Assembly: GCA_044222475.1 (NCBI GenBank)
Contig: JBGANF010000145.1
Location: forward strand, 1 to 18,792
Length of the DNA stretch: 18,792 bases
Origin: Polyangiaceae bacterium
GTDB taxonomy: Bacteria; Myxococcota_A; Polyangia; Polyangiales; Polyangiaceae
Reading direction: 5' to 3'
Part shown: positions 1 to 10,142 of the stretch, one piece after another
Numbering within the stretch: position 1 is the first letter of the stretch
How the letters are laid out: every line of letters starts with the position of its first letter
The notes under the pieces: model-generated
The model's database searches: none
The model's input: the letters and a program-made list of their open reading frames with translations, nothing else
What the model was told of the DNA's origin: nothing
Program-made: the position numbers and the translations under genes

Positions 1-884
1 GCCCGGCGGCCGGCCACGATGATCTTGAAGTCCCGCGGCGGGCCCGGGAGCGTCTTCACCTCGGTGAGGCCCTTCTCGGTGAGCAGCCGCTCGATCTCTC
101 CCTGGCTGCTCGGCGTCCCGCCGTAGAGCGCCACGTGGAAGCGCAGCGCTGCTCCTCGCAGGTCTTCACCCGACTTCGCTGCTGCGAACAGCATCCACCC
201 ACCGGGTTTGAGCGATCGATGCACTCGCTCGACGAGCCGACCGAGCGCGGGGGCGGGAACGAACGGCGCCGGGAGCCACGCGAGGTCGAACGCGCCTTCG
301 TCGGCCAGCTCTTCGCCAGGCTGCTCGCGGATCTCGACCCGATCCTGGAGACCCGCGTCGGCCACGTTCTTGCGAGCGATGGCGAGCGCAGGGGCCCAGA
401 CGTCGAGGCCGACCGCGCGGAGCGAAGGCCACTTGCGCGCCATCGCGATCGAGAGCCGAGCGACGCCAGTGCCGACGTCGAGGAACGCTCCAGACCCTTC
501 GAGGCATGGGCCGAGTCCGTCGAGCAAGGGCAAGAACCGCGGGAGGACGTTCGCGAACCCTTCGGTGATCTCTCCTCCACCCTGGAGGAGCTCGGTGTCG
601 GTGTACTTCCAACCGGGACTTCGGTCCGGATTCGCCATGAAGTCGTCGTCGAGCGCCCAGAAGTGCCGCATCTCGGCGAGGAGGGGAGCGAGCTCCGCCG
701 CGGAGGTCCCTTCGAGCGCTTGCAGCGCGCCCGCTTCCCGCAAGAGGTCGTCCACTGCGGGCCGCAGCGAGGGATGCACTGCCGTCCCCGAGACTCGAGC
801 TCGGAGCTCGGCACCGACCACGGCGAGCGCGCTCGCGGATGCGCTCAGCTGGGCCACCAAATCACGGAGGGCTTCGATGCTCAT
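1..884 (-). CDS. Class I SAM-dependent methyltransferase (3' end runs off the window; not in the ORF track)
   Basis: Manual translation from ATG at 884, preceded by SD GAAGGAGAG: MSIEALRDLVAQLSASASALAVVGAELRAR...GAFLDVGTGVARLSIAMARKWPSLRAVGLDVW...EGAFDLAWLPAPF...VHRSLKPGGWMLF...KIIVAGRR. Motif I (LDVGTG), an acidic residue ending strand 2 (GLD) and LKPGG are present. The frame is open to the window edge. Confidence 0.9.
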   Translation of the reverse strand, partial: MSIEALRDLVAQLSASASALAVVGAELRARVSGTAVHPSLRPAVDDLLREAGALQALEGTSAAELAPLLAEMRHFWALDDDFMANPDRSPGWKYTDTELLQGGGEITEGFANVLPRFLPLLDGLGPCLEGSGAFLDVGTGVARLSIAMARKWPSLRAVGLDVWAPALAIARKNVADAGLQDRVEIREQPGEELADEGAFDLAWLPAPFVPAPALGRLVERVHRSLKPGGWMLFAAAKSGEDLRGAALRFHVALYGGTPSSQGEIERLLTEKGLTEVKTLPGPPRDFKIIVAGRR

Positions 885-953
885 GACGTTCTCTCCTTCG
901 CCACCGAGCCTAACGCGGCGTCTGGCGCGCAGTAGGCACCGCGTCCGAAATGG

Positions 954-976
954 ATTGTTTCTCTGTTGGAAACAGT
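954..976. promoter_or_regulatory. Probable LysR recognition site (T-N11-A dyad) between the divergent methyltransferase and LysR genes
   Basis: ATTGTTTC-tctgttg-GAAACAGT: inverted repeat TGTTTC(956-961)/GAAACA(969-974) containing T959-N11-A971, AT-rich, 14 bp upstream of the LysR start. Confidence 0.7.
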
Positions 977-990
977 GAAACCATCGCTGA

Positions 991-1925
991 ATGGACGCTC
1001 TGAAGATGATGCGCGTGTTCGCCCGCGTCGCTCAGCGCGCGAGCTTCGCCGCCGCTGCGGAGGAGCTGCGCATGTCCCGCGCGTCGGTCACGAAGCACGT
1101 GGCTTCCATCGAAGAGCAGCATGGCGTCCGCCTGCTGGACCGGACCACTCGGAGCGTGAGCATGACGGAAGCGGGACGCGTCTATCTGGAGCGCTGTCTG
1201 GAGTGTCTGCAAGCGTACGACGACTCGGAGGCCGCGATCGGCGGGCTCTCCGCCGAGCCCAAGGGGTTGCTCCGCGTCGCCGGGCCGTTCGACTTCAACC
1301 GCCACCTCCACGAGCTCGTGACCGAGTTCATGAAGGCCCACCCGTCGATCGACCTCGACCTCCGCCTCTCGAATCGGACGCTCGACATGGTGGACGAGGG
1401 CATCGACGTGTACCTGCGCATCGCTCAAACCATCGAGGCCGACTTCATCGCGCGTCCGCTGGCGGTCACGAGGCTGGGCCTATTCGGTGCTCGCAGCTAC
1501 TTCAAGAAACACGGGCGTCCACGAACGCTCGCCGATCTCGCGCAGCATCGCTTCGCGAACTTCAACGAGCCGCCCGTTCACGACGAGTGGACGTTCGAGC
1601 GCCGCGGGAAGCGGACGACGGTGCACCTGCGCTCCACCCTGGTCGCGAACAGTGGCGAGATGAACGCGGCCGCGATTTGCAGCGGCGTCGCGCTGGGCGT
1701 GCTCCCGAGCTTCCTGCTTCCACCCGACCACGCGAAGCTCATCGAGCCGATCATGCTCGAGTGGTCCCTCGGCCAGCGCGGCGTGTACGCCGTGTACCCG
1801 CACCGTCGCTTCGTCCCATCCAAGGTGCGTGCGTTCGTCGACTTCGCCCGCGCCGCCCTCGGAGGCGGCAGCCGCGATCCGTGGTGGCCCACGTCGATCC
1901 CGGTGCCGGGCCGAGCGGCTCGCGC

Positions 1926-1929
<4 letters not shown>
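991..1929 (+). CDS. LysR-family transcriptional regulator (CrgA/DmlR-like substrate-binding domain)
   Basis: N-terminal wHTH MDALKMMRVFARVAQRASFAAAAEELRMSRASVTKHVASIEEQHGVRLLDRTTRSVSMTEAG; PKGLLRV, DMVDEGIDVYLR, YAVYPHRRFVPSKVRAFVDF; 312 aa; divergent from its probable target. Confidence 0.95.
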
Positions 1930-3845
<1,916 letters not shown>

Positions 3846-3850
3846 GGCTA

Positions 3851-3907
3851 CTTGTGAAATCTCACGAGTGAGCTTGTCGAATATCACGAGTTGCGAAATC
3901 TCGCGAG
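3851..3907. promoter_or_regulatory. Three 18-bp imperfect palindromic repeats, probable upstream activator sequences for the sigma54 activator
   Basis: CTTGTGAAATCTCACGAG (3851-3868), CTTGTCGAATATCACGAG (3873-3890), GTTGCGAAATCTCGCGAG (3890-3907); centred roughly 90-130 bp upstream of the predicted sigma54 start site. Confidence 0.75.
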
Positions 3908-3962
3908 CGTGGCTGGAAGAATGAATTCAAGGATTTCAACGAGATCCAAAGGCGCGTCGCCT

Positions 3963-3978
3963 CGGCACGGCCGCTGCA
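3963..3978 (+). promoter_or_regulatory. Sigma54 (-24/-12) promoter for the diiron protein gene
   Basis: CGGCACG-GCCG-CTGCA with GG(3964-65)-N10-GC(3976-77), close to the TGGCACG-N4-TTGC consensus; followed by SD AAAGGAG and the start codon; adjacent to a divergent activator gene. Confidence 0.8.
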
Positions 3979-4016
3979 CTCTCGTCTGCTCGAACCTCGA
4001 AAAGGAGACGAATGTG

Positions 4017-4952
4017 ATGCACGTGCAGACCAGCCAGACCACGACCCACGATCGCTACGCCCGAGCCCTGTCCGCTTCGAAGCGGGCTCGTTGGGACATC
4101 GACGCCGACGTCCTACGCGGCCGCGCGCTCGACCCCGGCGCGAAGTTTCTTCCGGACGGCCTCTCGAAGGTGCGGACGCTGCGAACCCTCAGCGACGAGG
4201 AGCGCCGCCTGATGAGCCAGATCCAAGGACGGACGTACGCGAACATCTTCGGACTCGTCGAGCGGTTCATCAACGCCAAGATCCTCGAGATCAGCGCTGC
4301 CCACCACTTGGGCGACCAGACGGCGCTCGAAGCGCTCGTGCGCTTCAGCGAAGAGGAGCTGAAGCACCAGGAGCTCTTCCGCCGCGTCGAGCGACTCTGC
4401 GCGGACGCGATGCCGCGCGGATACGCGTTCGCCCCCGAGGCGAACGCCGTCGCGCGTGTGGTGCTCGGCAAGTCCACGTGGTCGGTGCTCGCCCTCACGT
4501 GCCTCATCGAGCTCTTCACGCAGACCCACTACGTCGAGAGCATCGCGCCCGACGAGCAGCTCTCGCCGCTGTTCAAGGACATCTTCCGGTTTCACTGGAT
4601 GGAGGAGAGTCAGCACGCGATCCTCGACGAGCTCGAGTGGCGCGCAGCCGACGCGAAGCTCGACGATGCCGCTCGCTCGCGGGCAGTCGGCGACCTGATC
4701 GATCTCGTCGCTGCCGTCGACGGCATTCTCCAAGCGCAGTCCGAGCTCGATGCGAAGTACTTCGTCGAGGCGGCGGGGCGAGTCATCGGCGACGACGAGT
4801 CGCGGCAGATTCGTGAGACGTTCCTCCGCGCGTACCGCTACCAGTACATCGCCTCGGGAGTGGAGCGCACGCGCTTCCCCGCGATCCTCCAGGCCCTCAT
4901 TCCGACGTCCGAGCTCGACCGCATCATGCGCGCTCTGGCGCCGCTCGTCTGA
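4017..4952 (+). CDS. Ferritin-like diiron protein with an AurF/CmlI-type ligand pattern (putative diiron oxygenase)
   Basis: SD AGGAG (4003-4007) before GTG4014/ATG4017. Ligand pattern E (GLVERF), ExxH (EEELKH), E (LIELF), HxxxExxH (FHWMEESQH); helical character; 311 aa. Confidence 0.8.
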   Translation: MHVQTSQTTTHDRYARALSASKRARWDIDADVLRGRALDPGAKFLPDGLSKVRTLRTLSDEERRLMSQIQGRTYANIFGLVERFINAKILEISAAHHLGDQTALEALVRFSEEELKHQELFRRVERLCADAMPRGYAFAPEANAVARVVLGKSTWSVLALTCLIELFTQTHYVESIAPDEQLSPLFKDIFRFHWMEESQHAILDELEWRAADAKLDDAARSRAVGDLIDLVAAVDGILQAQSELDAKYFVEAAGRVIGDDESRQIRETFLRAYRYQYIASGVERTRFPAILQALIPTSELDRIMRALAPLV

Positions 4953-4960
4953 GACCACCT

Positions 4961-4990
4961 CGACGACGGGCCGGTGGCGGCCCGTCGTCG
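4961..4990 (+). other. Perfect 13-bp intercistronic stem-loop without a U-tract
   Basis: CGACGACGGGCCG-gtgg-CGGCCCGTCGTCG, 8 nt after the diiron gene stop and ending 6 nt before the MAPEG SD (GAGGA, 4997-5001). Confidence 0.75.
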
Positions 4991-5005
4991 TCCGGCGAGG
5001 AACCC

Positions 5006-5431
5006 ATGCACTCGTTGACGATGCTCCAAGCGACGCTCCTGGGCTTTGCCGGGTGGACCCTCGCCATACTGACGTTCACGATCGGCGTTCACCGGTGGAG
5101 TCGAATCCTCGCCGGACGCGCTGCCATCCACGAGTTCCCGGCCGACGCGTCCAATGGACCGAATTGGTACCGGCGCGCGACGCGCGCGCACCTCAACTGC
5201 GTCGAGAACCTCCCGGCGTACGGGGTCATCGTGTTCACGGCGTCGATCCTCGGTGCGACGGGCGGGCTCCTCGACGTCCTCGGGGTCGTGGTGCTGTGCG
5301 CGCGCATCGTCCAATCCACCGTTCACATCGCCTTCGCCGAGACGAGGGGGTCCGTGTCGGTGCGCTTCTCGTTCTTCGCCGTTCAACTCGCGGCAAAGGG
5401 CGCGATGATCGTCCTCCTCCTTCGCGTTTGA
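5006..5431 (+). CDS. MAPEG-family membrane protein
   Basis: 141 aa with about four hydrophobic helices; signature RATRAHLNCVENLP and ARIVQSTVH; SD GAGGA upstream. Confidence 0.88.
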   Translation: MHSLTMLQATLLGFAGWTLAILTFTIGVHRWSRILAGRAAIHEFPADASNGPNWYRRATRAHLNCVENLPAYGVIVFTASILGATGGLLDVLGVVVLCARIVQSTVHIAFAETRGSVSVRFSFFAVQLAAKGAMIVLLLRV

Positions 5432-5442
5432 AGCGTCGGTCG

Positions 5443-5476
5443 TTTTCGTGATCGTCCCGGGTACGTCCCTCCAATG
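5443..5476 (+). promoter_or_regulatory. Putative ECF sigma promoter, copy A
   Basis: TTTT-cg-TGATCG(5449-5454)-N16-CCAATG(5471-5476); ATG 5485 follows 30 nt after TGATCG. Same layout at three other gene starts. Confidence 0.65.
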
Positions 5477-5484
5477 AGGTGGGG

Positions 5485-7203
5485 ATGCGAAGAACACTCC
5501 TCGTTGGTGCCGTGCTCTGTGTGGTGGCGTGTGGAGAGTCCGCGACGGATCCCACCCCGACGCCGACCGGTGACGGTGGGACCGATGGGGTCGTCCCGCC
5601 GGCCGACGGCGGGTCCGACGTGGTGGCCACCGACGCCCCCATCGACTCCCCGCCCGACGCGCCGTCGTGCGTGGATCTCGACGGCGACGGCTACGGCGTC
5701 GGCGCGGCGTGCGATCCCCAGAAGCTCGACTGCGACGACAAGAACCCGCTCGTCAACCCCAAGATGGCGGAGCTCGCCGACGACGGCCTCGACAACGACT
5801 GCAAGGACGGCGACCTGAAGGCGGCGACCGGACCCGGCTACTACGTCGACGGAGCGAACGGGAGCTGCTCCGACACCCTCAAGCTCGGGACGAAGGCGCA
5901 GCCGTACTGCACCGTCGCGATGGCGGTCGTCGATGCGTACCAGAACACCCAGACCTCCGATCCCGTGGGGCGATCGATCTTCGTCGCCAAGGGCACCTAC
6001 CCGCTCACGTTCGGCACGCCGAAGTCGATGCGCGTGTACGGCGGGTACGACGGCACGACGTGGGCGTTCGATCCGGTCGCGAACGAGACCATCCTCGGCG
6101 GCAACGATTACGTCGAAGATCTCGACAGCCAAGACTGCCGAATCAAGAAGTCCTGCGTCGGGCAGTGCGTCTGTCTCGACAACTTCGAGTGGATCACCGT
6201 CAACGTCGCCGCGAACTTCGTCCTGAAGTCCTTCACGATCATGGGCGGCAGCAAGCCCACGCATCCGCTGTTCATGCTGCGGGTCAACTCGAGCGGTCAC
6301 GTCGAGATCGCGGACTCGAAGATCACCGGCGGCAAAGGGCTGCAGAACGTCGGGCTCGAGGTCGCGGTGACGGCGACCGACACCTGGCTCCTCCGGAACC
6401 GCATCCAGGGTGGCGTCCCTGCGGGCTCCGGGCAGGCGGCGTCGGTGTTCGCGGTGAACAACCACGGAACGGCGACGCTGTTCGGCAACGTCATCGAATC
6501 GGGGCCGGGTGCAGCCGGCTCGACTGCGGTCGCGGTTCAGAACTACGGGACGATGCGGCTCGTGGCGAACGTGCTCAACCCCGGCGATCAAGGCGGGAAC
6601 GCCAACTCCAGCTACGGATACCTGAACCTGCAACAGCAGAACCCGCCGCGGCCCGGAATCGGCTTCGCCGTCCACAACGTGTTCTTCGGCGGTCGCGGGA
6701 TCGACTCGTCGCGCGGCGTGCTCAGCAACTCGCCGCTGGATCTGGTGGACAACGTGATCGGCGATCGAACGTCGACCCCCCTCGACTGGTCGAAGCGCCC
6801 GACACAGAACGCCGTCGCGCTCGACGTCGGCTTCGCATCGACGACCACGCTCCAGAACAACCTCTTCTTCTCGCTCGTCTACACGAACGAGCCCAACCCG
6901 CCGAACGTCGCGGCGAACCGACACGTCATGGCGCACTCGAAGGTGACGACGGCGTACCTCGACCTCATCGGTGACGTGAACACCTGCACGTGGACCGGGT
7001 GCAAGGCGTCGAGCGCGAACCTCCTCGGCGACCCCGGCTTCGTCGACGCGGCGACGAACTTCCACCTCAAGCCCGGCAGCGCGTGCATCGACAAGGGGAT
7101 CTCCCCCAACGGATCGATGACGGGAGGGATCGGGCTGCTCGACGTGGATCGCGAGCTCCGCCCGAAAGGGCCGGCGTTCGACATCGGAGTGGACGAGAAC
7201 TGA
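5485..7203 (+). CDS. Multidomain lipoprotein: Asp/Cys-rich putative metal-binding motif, DUF1565-like segment, right-handed beta-helix, choice-of-anchor-Q-like C-terminus
   Basis: Signal MRRTLLVGAVLCVVA|C; D/P/T-rich tether; CVDLDGDGYG...DCDDKNPLVNPKMAELADDGLDNDCKDGD; YYVDGANG...GTKAQPYCTVAMAV...IFVAKGTY; Asn/Gly-rich repeats (LRNRIQGG, FGNVIESG, VANVLNPG, VHNVFFGG); DPGFVD...FHLKPGSACIDKG...DVDRELRP...DIGVDE. GTG 5479 is an alternative start. Confidence 0.85.
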   Translation: MRRTLLVGAVLCVVACGESATDPTPTPTGDGGTDGVVPPADGGSDVVATDAPIDSPPDAPSCVDLDGDGYGVGAACDPQKLDCDDKNPLVNPKMAELADDGLDNDCKDGDLKAATGPGYYVDGANGSCSDTLKLGTKAQPYCTVAMAVVDAYQNTQTSDPVGRSIFVAKGTYPLTFGTPKSMRVYGGYDGTTWAFDPVANETILGGNDYVEDLDSQDCRIKKSCVGQCVCLDNFEWITVNVAANFVLKSFTIMGGSKPTHPLFMLRVNSSGHVEIADSKITGGKGLQNVGLEVAVTATDTWLLRNRIQGGVPAGSGQAASVFAVNNHGTATLFGNVIESGPGAAGSTAVAVQNYGTMRLVANVLNPGDQGGNANSSYGYLNLQQQNPPRPGIGFAVHNVFFGGRGIDSSRGVLSNSPLDLVDNVIGDRTSTPLDWSKRPTQNAVALDVGFASTTTLQNNLFFSLVYTNEPNPPNVAANRHVMAHSKVTTAYLDLIGDVNTCTWTGCKASSANLLGDPGFVDAATNFHLKPGSACIDKGISPNGSMTGGIGLLDVDRELRPKGPAFDIGVDEN

Positions 7204-7212
7204 GCCTCCGCT

Positions 7213-7665
7213 TCAGCGCTGGCGGCGATAGGCGAACTCGATCGCGTCGCCGTCGAGGTCGGCGCGTTGCGCGAGCTTCTGCACGGTCGCGAGCGGTAGC
7301 GTCACGATCGACCGCAGCAGCCCCTTCGCCGACGTCTGCGCGGACAGGAGATCGGGCGACGCCTCTGCGACGATCATGTCGTGCACGAACGGCCCAGCGA
7401 CGGCAGGGTCGATCGCCGCGAGCAGCGCGAGCGCGCTCCTCAGCGCGACGGGGTGCTTCTCCTCGAGCGCTCTGCGGAACGCGACGTCGTCGGGGAAGAC
7501 CTCGTCGATGGCGGCGACGTCGTACACGCAGTCTCGCGGGAAGAAGAAGACGCCGCGGAGGCGCGCCATGCCGTGAAGATCGTCGGGGAGCGACAGAAGG
7601 ACGAGCGCTGCACGCTCGGCAACGCGACGCACCGTCGTGGGGGCCGGTGGGAGGTGGGCTCGCAT
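7213..7665 (-). CDS. Hypothetical protein, about 150 aa, probably helical and cytoplasmic
   Basis: C-terminal part of track ORF 7213..7905; ATG 7665 preceded by GGGAGGGGG; protein-like sequence (MARLRGVFFFPRDCVYDVAAIDEVFPDD...AIEFAYRRQR); fills the gap between flanking genes without overlap. A later start at MARLRG is possible. Confidence 0.65.
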   Translation of the reverse strand: MRAHLPPAPTTVRRVAERAALVLLSLPDDLHGMARLRGVFFFPRDCVYDVAAIDEVFPDDVAFRRALEEKHPVALRSALALLAAIDPAVAGPFVHDMIVAEASPDLLSAQTSAKGLLRSIVTLPLATVQKLAQRADLDGDAIEFAYRRQR

Positions 7666-7733
7666 CCCCCTCCCATTGGCGCCAACGGGGACGAGGATCA
7701 CGGAAACGGCAGCCCGTGCTACACCGCGGGGCC

Positions 7734-8756
7734 ATGGCCGGTTGGGGTCTACGCGTCCACGTCGCCGCCGCCGCGCTCGCCGTCGCGGCGTCGATCGCGG
7801 CGCGCGCCCGAGCCGATGCAGCCGAGCCCATCCAGCTCGTGTTCGAGGGCCACGGGTGCGGGTCGGCGGACGAGTTTCGGGCGCAGGTGCTCGCCCGAAC
7901 CGCACGCGCGACGTTCGTCACCACCAATGCGCGCCGCACGTTCCGCGTCACCATCGCCGGTACACCTCCCTCGGGCAGCCTCGTCATCGTCGATGCGCAG
8001 GGAAAAACGACGGAGCGTCGGATCGGTTCGGCACCGTGCGATGCGCTGGTCGAGGCGCTCGCTCTCGTCAGCGCGATCGCCATCGACCCCGCGGCCTCGA
8101 CGAAGCCGATCGCCGAGCTGGCCCCCGCGCCTCCGCCGGTGGACGATCCGGAGCCGGGTCTCGGGCCCTTCGCGCTCGCGCCGATTCCCCCTCCCGATGG
8201 CCCGAGTCGGGACGAGGCACCACCTGCGCCCTCGGTCCGTTTTCGCGGCACGGCTCTCGCGCAGGCGGGCGTCCTCGCCGGCCCGATCCCCGGCGCCGTG
8301 GCCCACTTCGGCGCTGGCGTCGGCGTCGAGCGCGATGCGGGCGTCTTCAGCCAAGAGCTGCGCTTCACCGTCGCTGGGTCGACGTCGAGCGAAGCGACCG
8401 CGCAGGCCGCGACGGCTCGATTCTCGAGCGTGCGGCTCGACCTGTCGCTCACGCCGATCCGCTTCGCCTCCCGCTGGGTGCGTGTCGCACCGGTCGTCGC
8501 CGCGACGCTGCTCGCGGTGAGCGTGAGCGCGACCACGGGGGTCTCCGATCCACAGTCCCTCTCGCGGTGGGTTCCCTTCGCTGCGCTCGGTGCGCGGGGC
8601 ACGCTCGATCTGGGGCCCGCGTTCGTGGAGCTCGAGGCGCGGGCTTCGGTGCCGCTCGTGCGCGAAAGGTACTACATCGACCCCACGGTGACGGTGTTCG
8701 AGTCTTCGGTGGTTGCGTTCGATGGATCGCTCGGCGTGGGGGTGCGGTTTCCATGA
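7734..8756 (+). CDS. Secreted protein with a small two-Cys N-terminal domain, Pro-rich linker and probable 8-stranded outer-membrane beta-barrel
   Basis: Signal peptide ending in ARARA|DAAEP; GHGCGSADEFRAQV...APCDALVEALAL; linker APAPPPVDDPEPG...PIPPP; eight alternating amphipathic segments ending AFDGSLGVGVRFP (aromatic residue near the C-terminus). The track extension back to 6990 is Arg-rich noise overlapping other genes. Confidence 0.75.
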   Translation: MAGWGLRVHVAAAALAVAASIAARARADAAEPIQLVFEGHGCGSADEFRAQVLARTARATFVTTNARRTFRVTIAGTPPSGSLVIVDAQGKTTERRIGSAPCDALVEALALVSAIAIDPAASTKPIAELAPAPPPVDDPEPGLGPFALAPIPPPDGPSRDEAPPAPSVRFRGTALAQAGVLAGPIPGAVAHFGAGVGVERDAGVFSQELRFTVAGSTSSEATAQAATARFSSVRLDLSLTPIRFASRWVRVAPVVAATLLAVSVSATTGVSDPQSLSRWVPFAALGARGTLDLGPAFVELEARASVPLVRERYYIDPTVTVFESSVVAFDGSLGVGVRFP

Positions 8757-8780
8757 TCGCGTCCGTCCCCCGTTCCGATG
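8748..8780 (+). promoter_or_regulatory. Putative ECF sigma autoregulatory promoter, copy D
   Basis: TTT-cca-TGATCG(8754-8759, overlapping the barrel-gene stop)-N15-CCGATG(8775-8780), directly upstream of the sigma gene SD and start. Confidence 0.6.
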
Positions 8781-8796
8781 AGAGGGCGAGGAACCC

Positions 8797-9420
8797 TTGG
8801 GCGAGCCGCTGACCACTGGCCGAAGCGAGGACGCGGCGCCCGTCACCGCGAGTCGGAGCGCCGAGCGCGTTCGCGCGCTCGTTCGGTCGTACTTCGCCTT
8901 CGTATGGCGCTCCGCCCTTCGGCTCGGACTTCCGGAGGACGCCGCCGACGACGCCGCGCAGCAGGTGTTCATCGTCCTCGCTCGTCGCATCGACGACGTC
9001 GAGGAGGGAGCCGAGAAAGCCTTTCTCTATCGCACCACCGCCCACGTGGTGGCCGAGCTCCGGCGGAACCACGCGCGCCGAACCGCGCGCGTTCGCCACG
9101 GCGAAGAAGGCGAGCTCGACGGCGCACCCGATCCCGAGCCCGGCCCGGAGGAGGCGCTCGATCGCAAGCGCGCGCGCGCTCTCCTCGCGACGATCTTGGA
9201 CGGGCTCGAAGACGACGTCCGGCAAGTGTTCGTCCTCTTCGAGCTCGAGCACGTCCCGGTCGCGGAGATCGCGAGCCTGCTCGGGATCCCGGAAGGGACC
9301 GCGGCGTCTCGCCTCCGTCGCGGGCGCGAACAGTTCCAGCGAATCGCAGAGCGGATGCGCGCCCGAAGCGCGCACTCCACCTACAAACCCGATGCATCAA
9401 GCGAAGGGAGGACCTCGTGA
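8797..9420 (+). CDS. ECF-type RNA polymerase sigma-70 factor
   Basis: Region 2: YFAFVWRSALRLG...AADDAAQQVFI...AFLYRTT; region 4: LEDDVRQVFVLFELEHVPVAEIASLLGIPEGTAASRLRRGR. TTG start supported by upstream GGCGAGGAACCC, the same 12-mer that precedes the MAPEG ATG. Confidence 0.92.
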   Translation: MGEPLTTGRSEDAAPVTASRSAERVRALVRSYFAFVWRSALRLGLPEDAADDAAQQVFIVLARRIDDVEEGAEKAFLYRTTAHVVAELRRNHARRTARVRHGEEGELDGAPDPEPGPEEALDRKRARALLATILDGLEDDVRQVFVLFELEHVPVAEIASLLGIPEGTAASRLRRGREQFQRIAERMRARSAHSTYKPDASSEGRTS

Positions 9421-10142
9421 AGCGACTTCGCGACGAGACCTCGTCGGACTTCGTGAAATCCCTCCTCGACTCCGCCGCCGGTGACGTGCCGTCGCCGCAA
9501 GCGGAAGATCGGACGCTTCGAGCCGTCGAGCAGCAGCTCGTCGTCCCGAAAGGCTGGCCGCGCGGCTGGGTGATCGGCGGGACGGTCGTCGGTATCGGAG
9601 CGCTCCTGCTCTTGCTCGGCCGAGCGTACCAATCGGGTCACACGTCACCGGCGACGGTGAAGACGCCGCCAGTGGAGCCCGCCGTCACCGAGCCAGCCGT
9701 GCCTCCGCCTTTGCCGACCGTCGAGCCGACCGCTCCTCCCACCGCCACCGCGACCACCGCGATCGTCCCGGCGAGCGGCGCTTCGCCGGCGACCGCGACG
9801 GTTCGCGCGCCGTTCGTCCACCCGAGCGCCACCGCTGCGGTGCCCTCCGCGACCGTCGATGCTCCGCTCGGCTTGCGCGACGAGCTCGCGCTGATCGACG
9901 AGGCACGCACCGAGCTCTCGGCGGGCAACGCGACGTCGGCCTTGGGGACCCTCGGTCGCTACGACAAGCGCTACCCCCAGGGGCTGCTCCGCGAGGAAGC
10001 CACCGCCGTTCGGGTGGAGGCGCTCTTCGCTGCCGGGAAGACGAGCGAGGGGCGCTCGACCGCCGAGGCGTTCCTCCGCGAGCACCCGCAGAGCACCCAC
10101 GCCCAGCACGTGCGAAGCTTGTTGGACTCGCATGCGCCCTAG
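9417..10142 (+). CDS. Putative anti-sigma factor: short cytoplasmic N-terminus, one TM helix, Pro/Thr/Ala linker, C-terminal TPR-like helical domain
   Basis: GTG 9417 overlaps the sigma stop (GTGA) with SD GGGAGG; TM WVIGGTVVGIGALLLLLG; linker PPVEPAVTEPAVPPPLPT; helices LRDELALIDEARTEL...YDKRYPQGLLREEATAVRVEAL...AEAFLREHPQSTHAQHV; 241 aa. Confidence 0.8.
   Translation: MKRLRDETSSDFVKSLLDSAAGDVPSPQAEDRTLRAVEQQLVVPKGWPRGWVIGGTVVGIGALLLLLGRAYQSGHTSPATVKTPPVEPAVTEPAVPPPLPTVEPTAPPTATATTAIVPASGASPATATVRAPFVHPSATAAVPSATVDAPLGLRDELALIDEARTELSAGNATSALGTLGRYDKRYPQGLLREEATAVRVEALFAAGKTSEGRSTAEAFLREHPQSTHAQHVRSLLDSHAP

Noticed and set aside
56..978. Track ORFs 56..814, 135..935, 166..612 and 208..978
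   Set aside because: The coding frame is the minus-strand methyltransferase starting at 884, omitted from the track because its stop lies outside the window.
3851..3907. Three short repeats as a possible mini-CRISPR or transposon end
   Set aside because: Spacers of 4 bp or less, degenerate 18-bp units, and no cas or transposase genes; position fits sigma54 enhancer sites.
3891..4016. Track N-terminal extensions of the diiron protein (3891), barrel protein (6990) and anti-sigma (8778)
   Set aside because: They run through promoters or neighbouring genes; SD position, signal peptide or stop-start overlap support starts at 4017, 7734 and 9417.
8753..8812. 19-codon ORF MIASVPRSDERARNPWASR, coupled to the barrel stop (ATGA) and overlapping the sigma start; possible leader peptide or frameshifted sigma N-terminus
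   Set aside because: The ATGA is part of the aTGATCG promoter element, and the sigma has its own SD and TTG start with both sigma domains intact, so no frameshift is needed.
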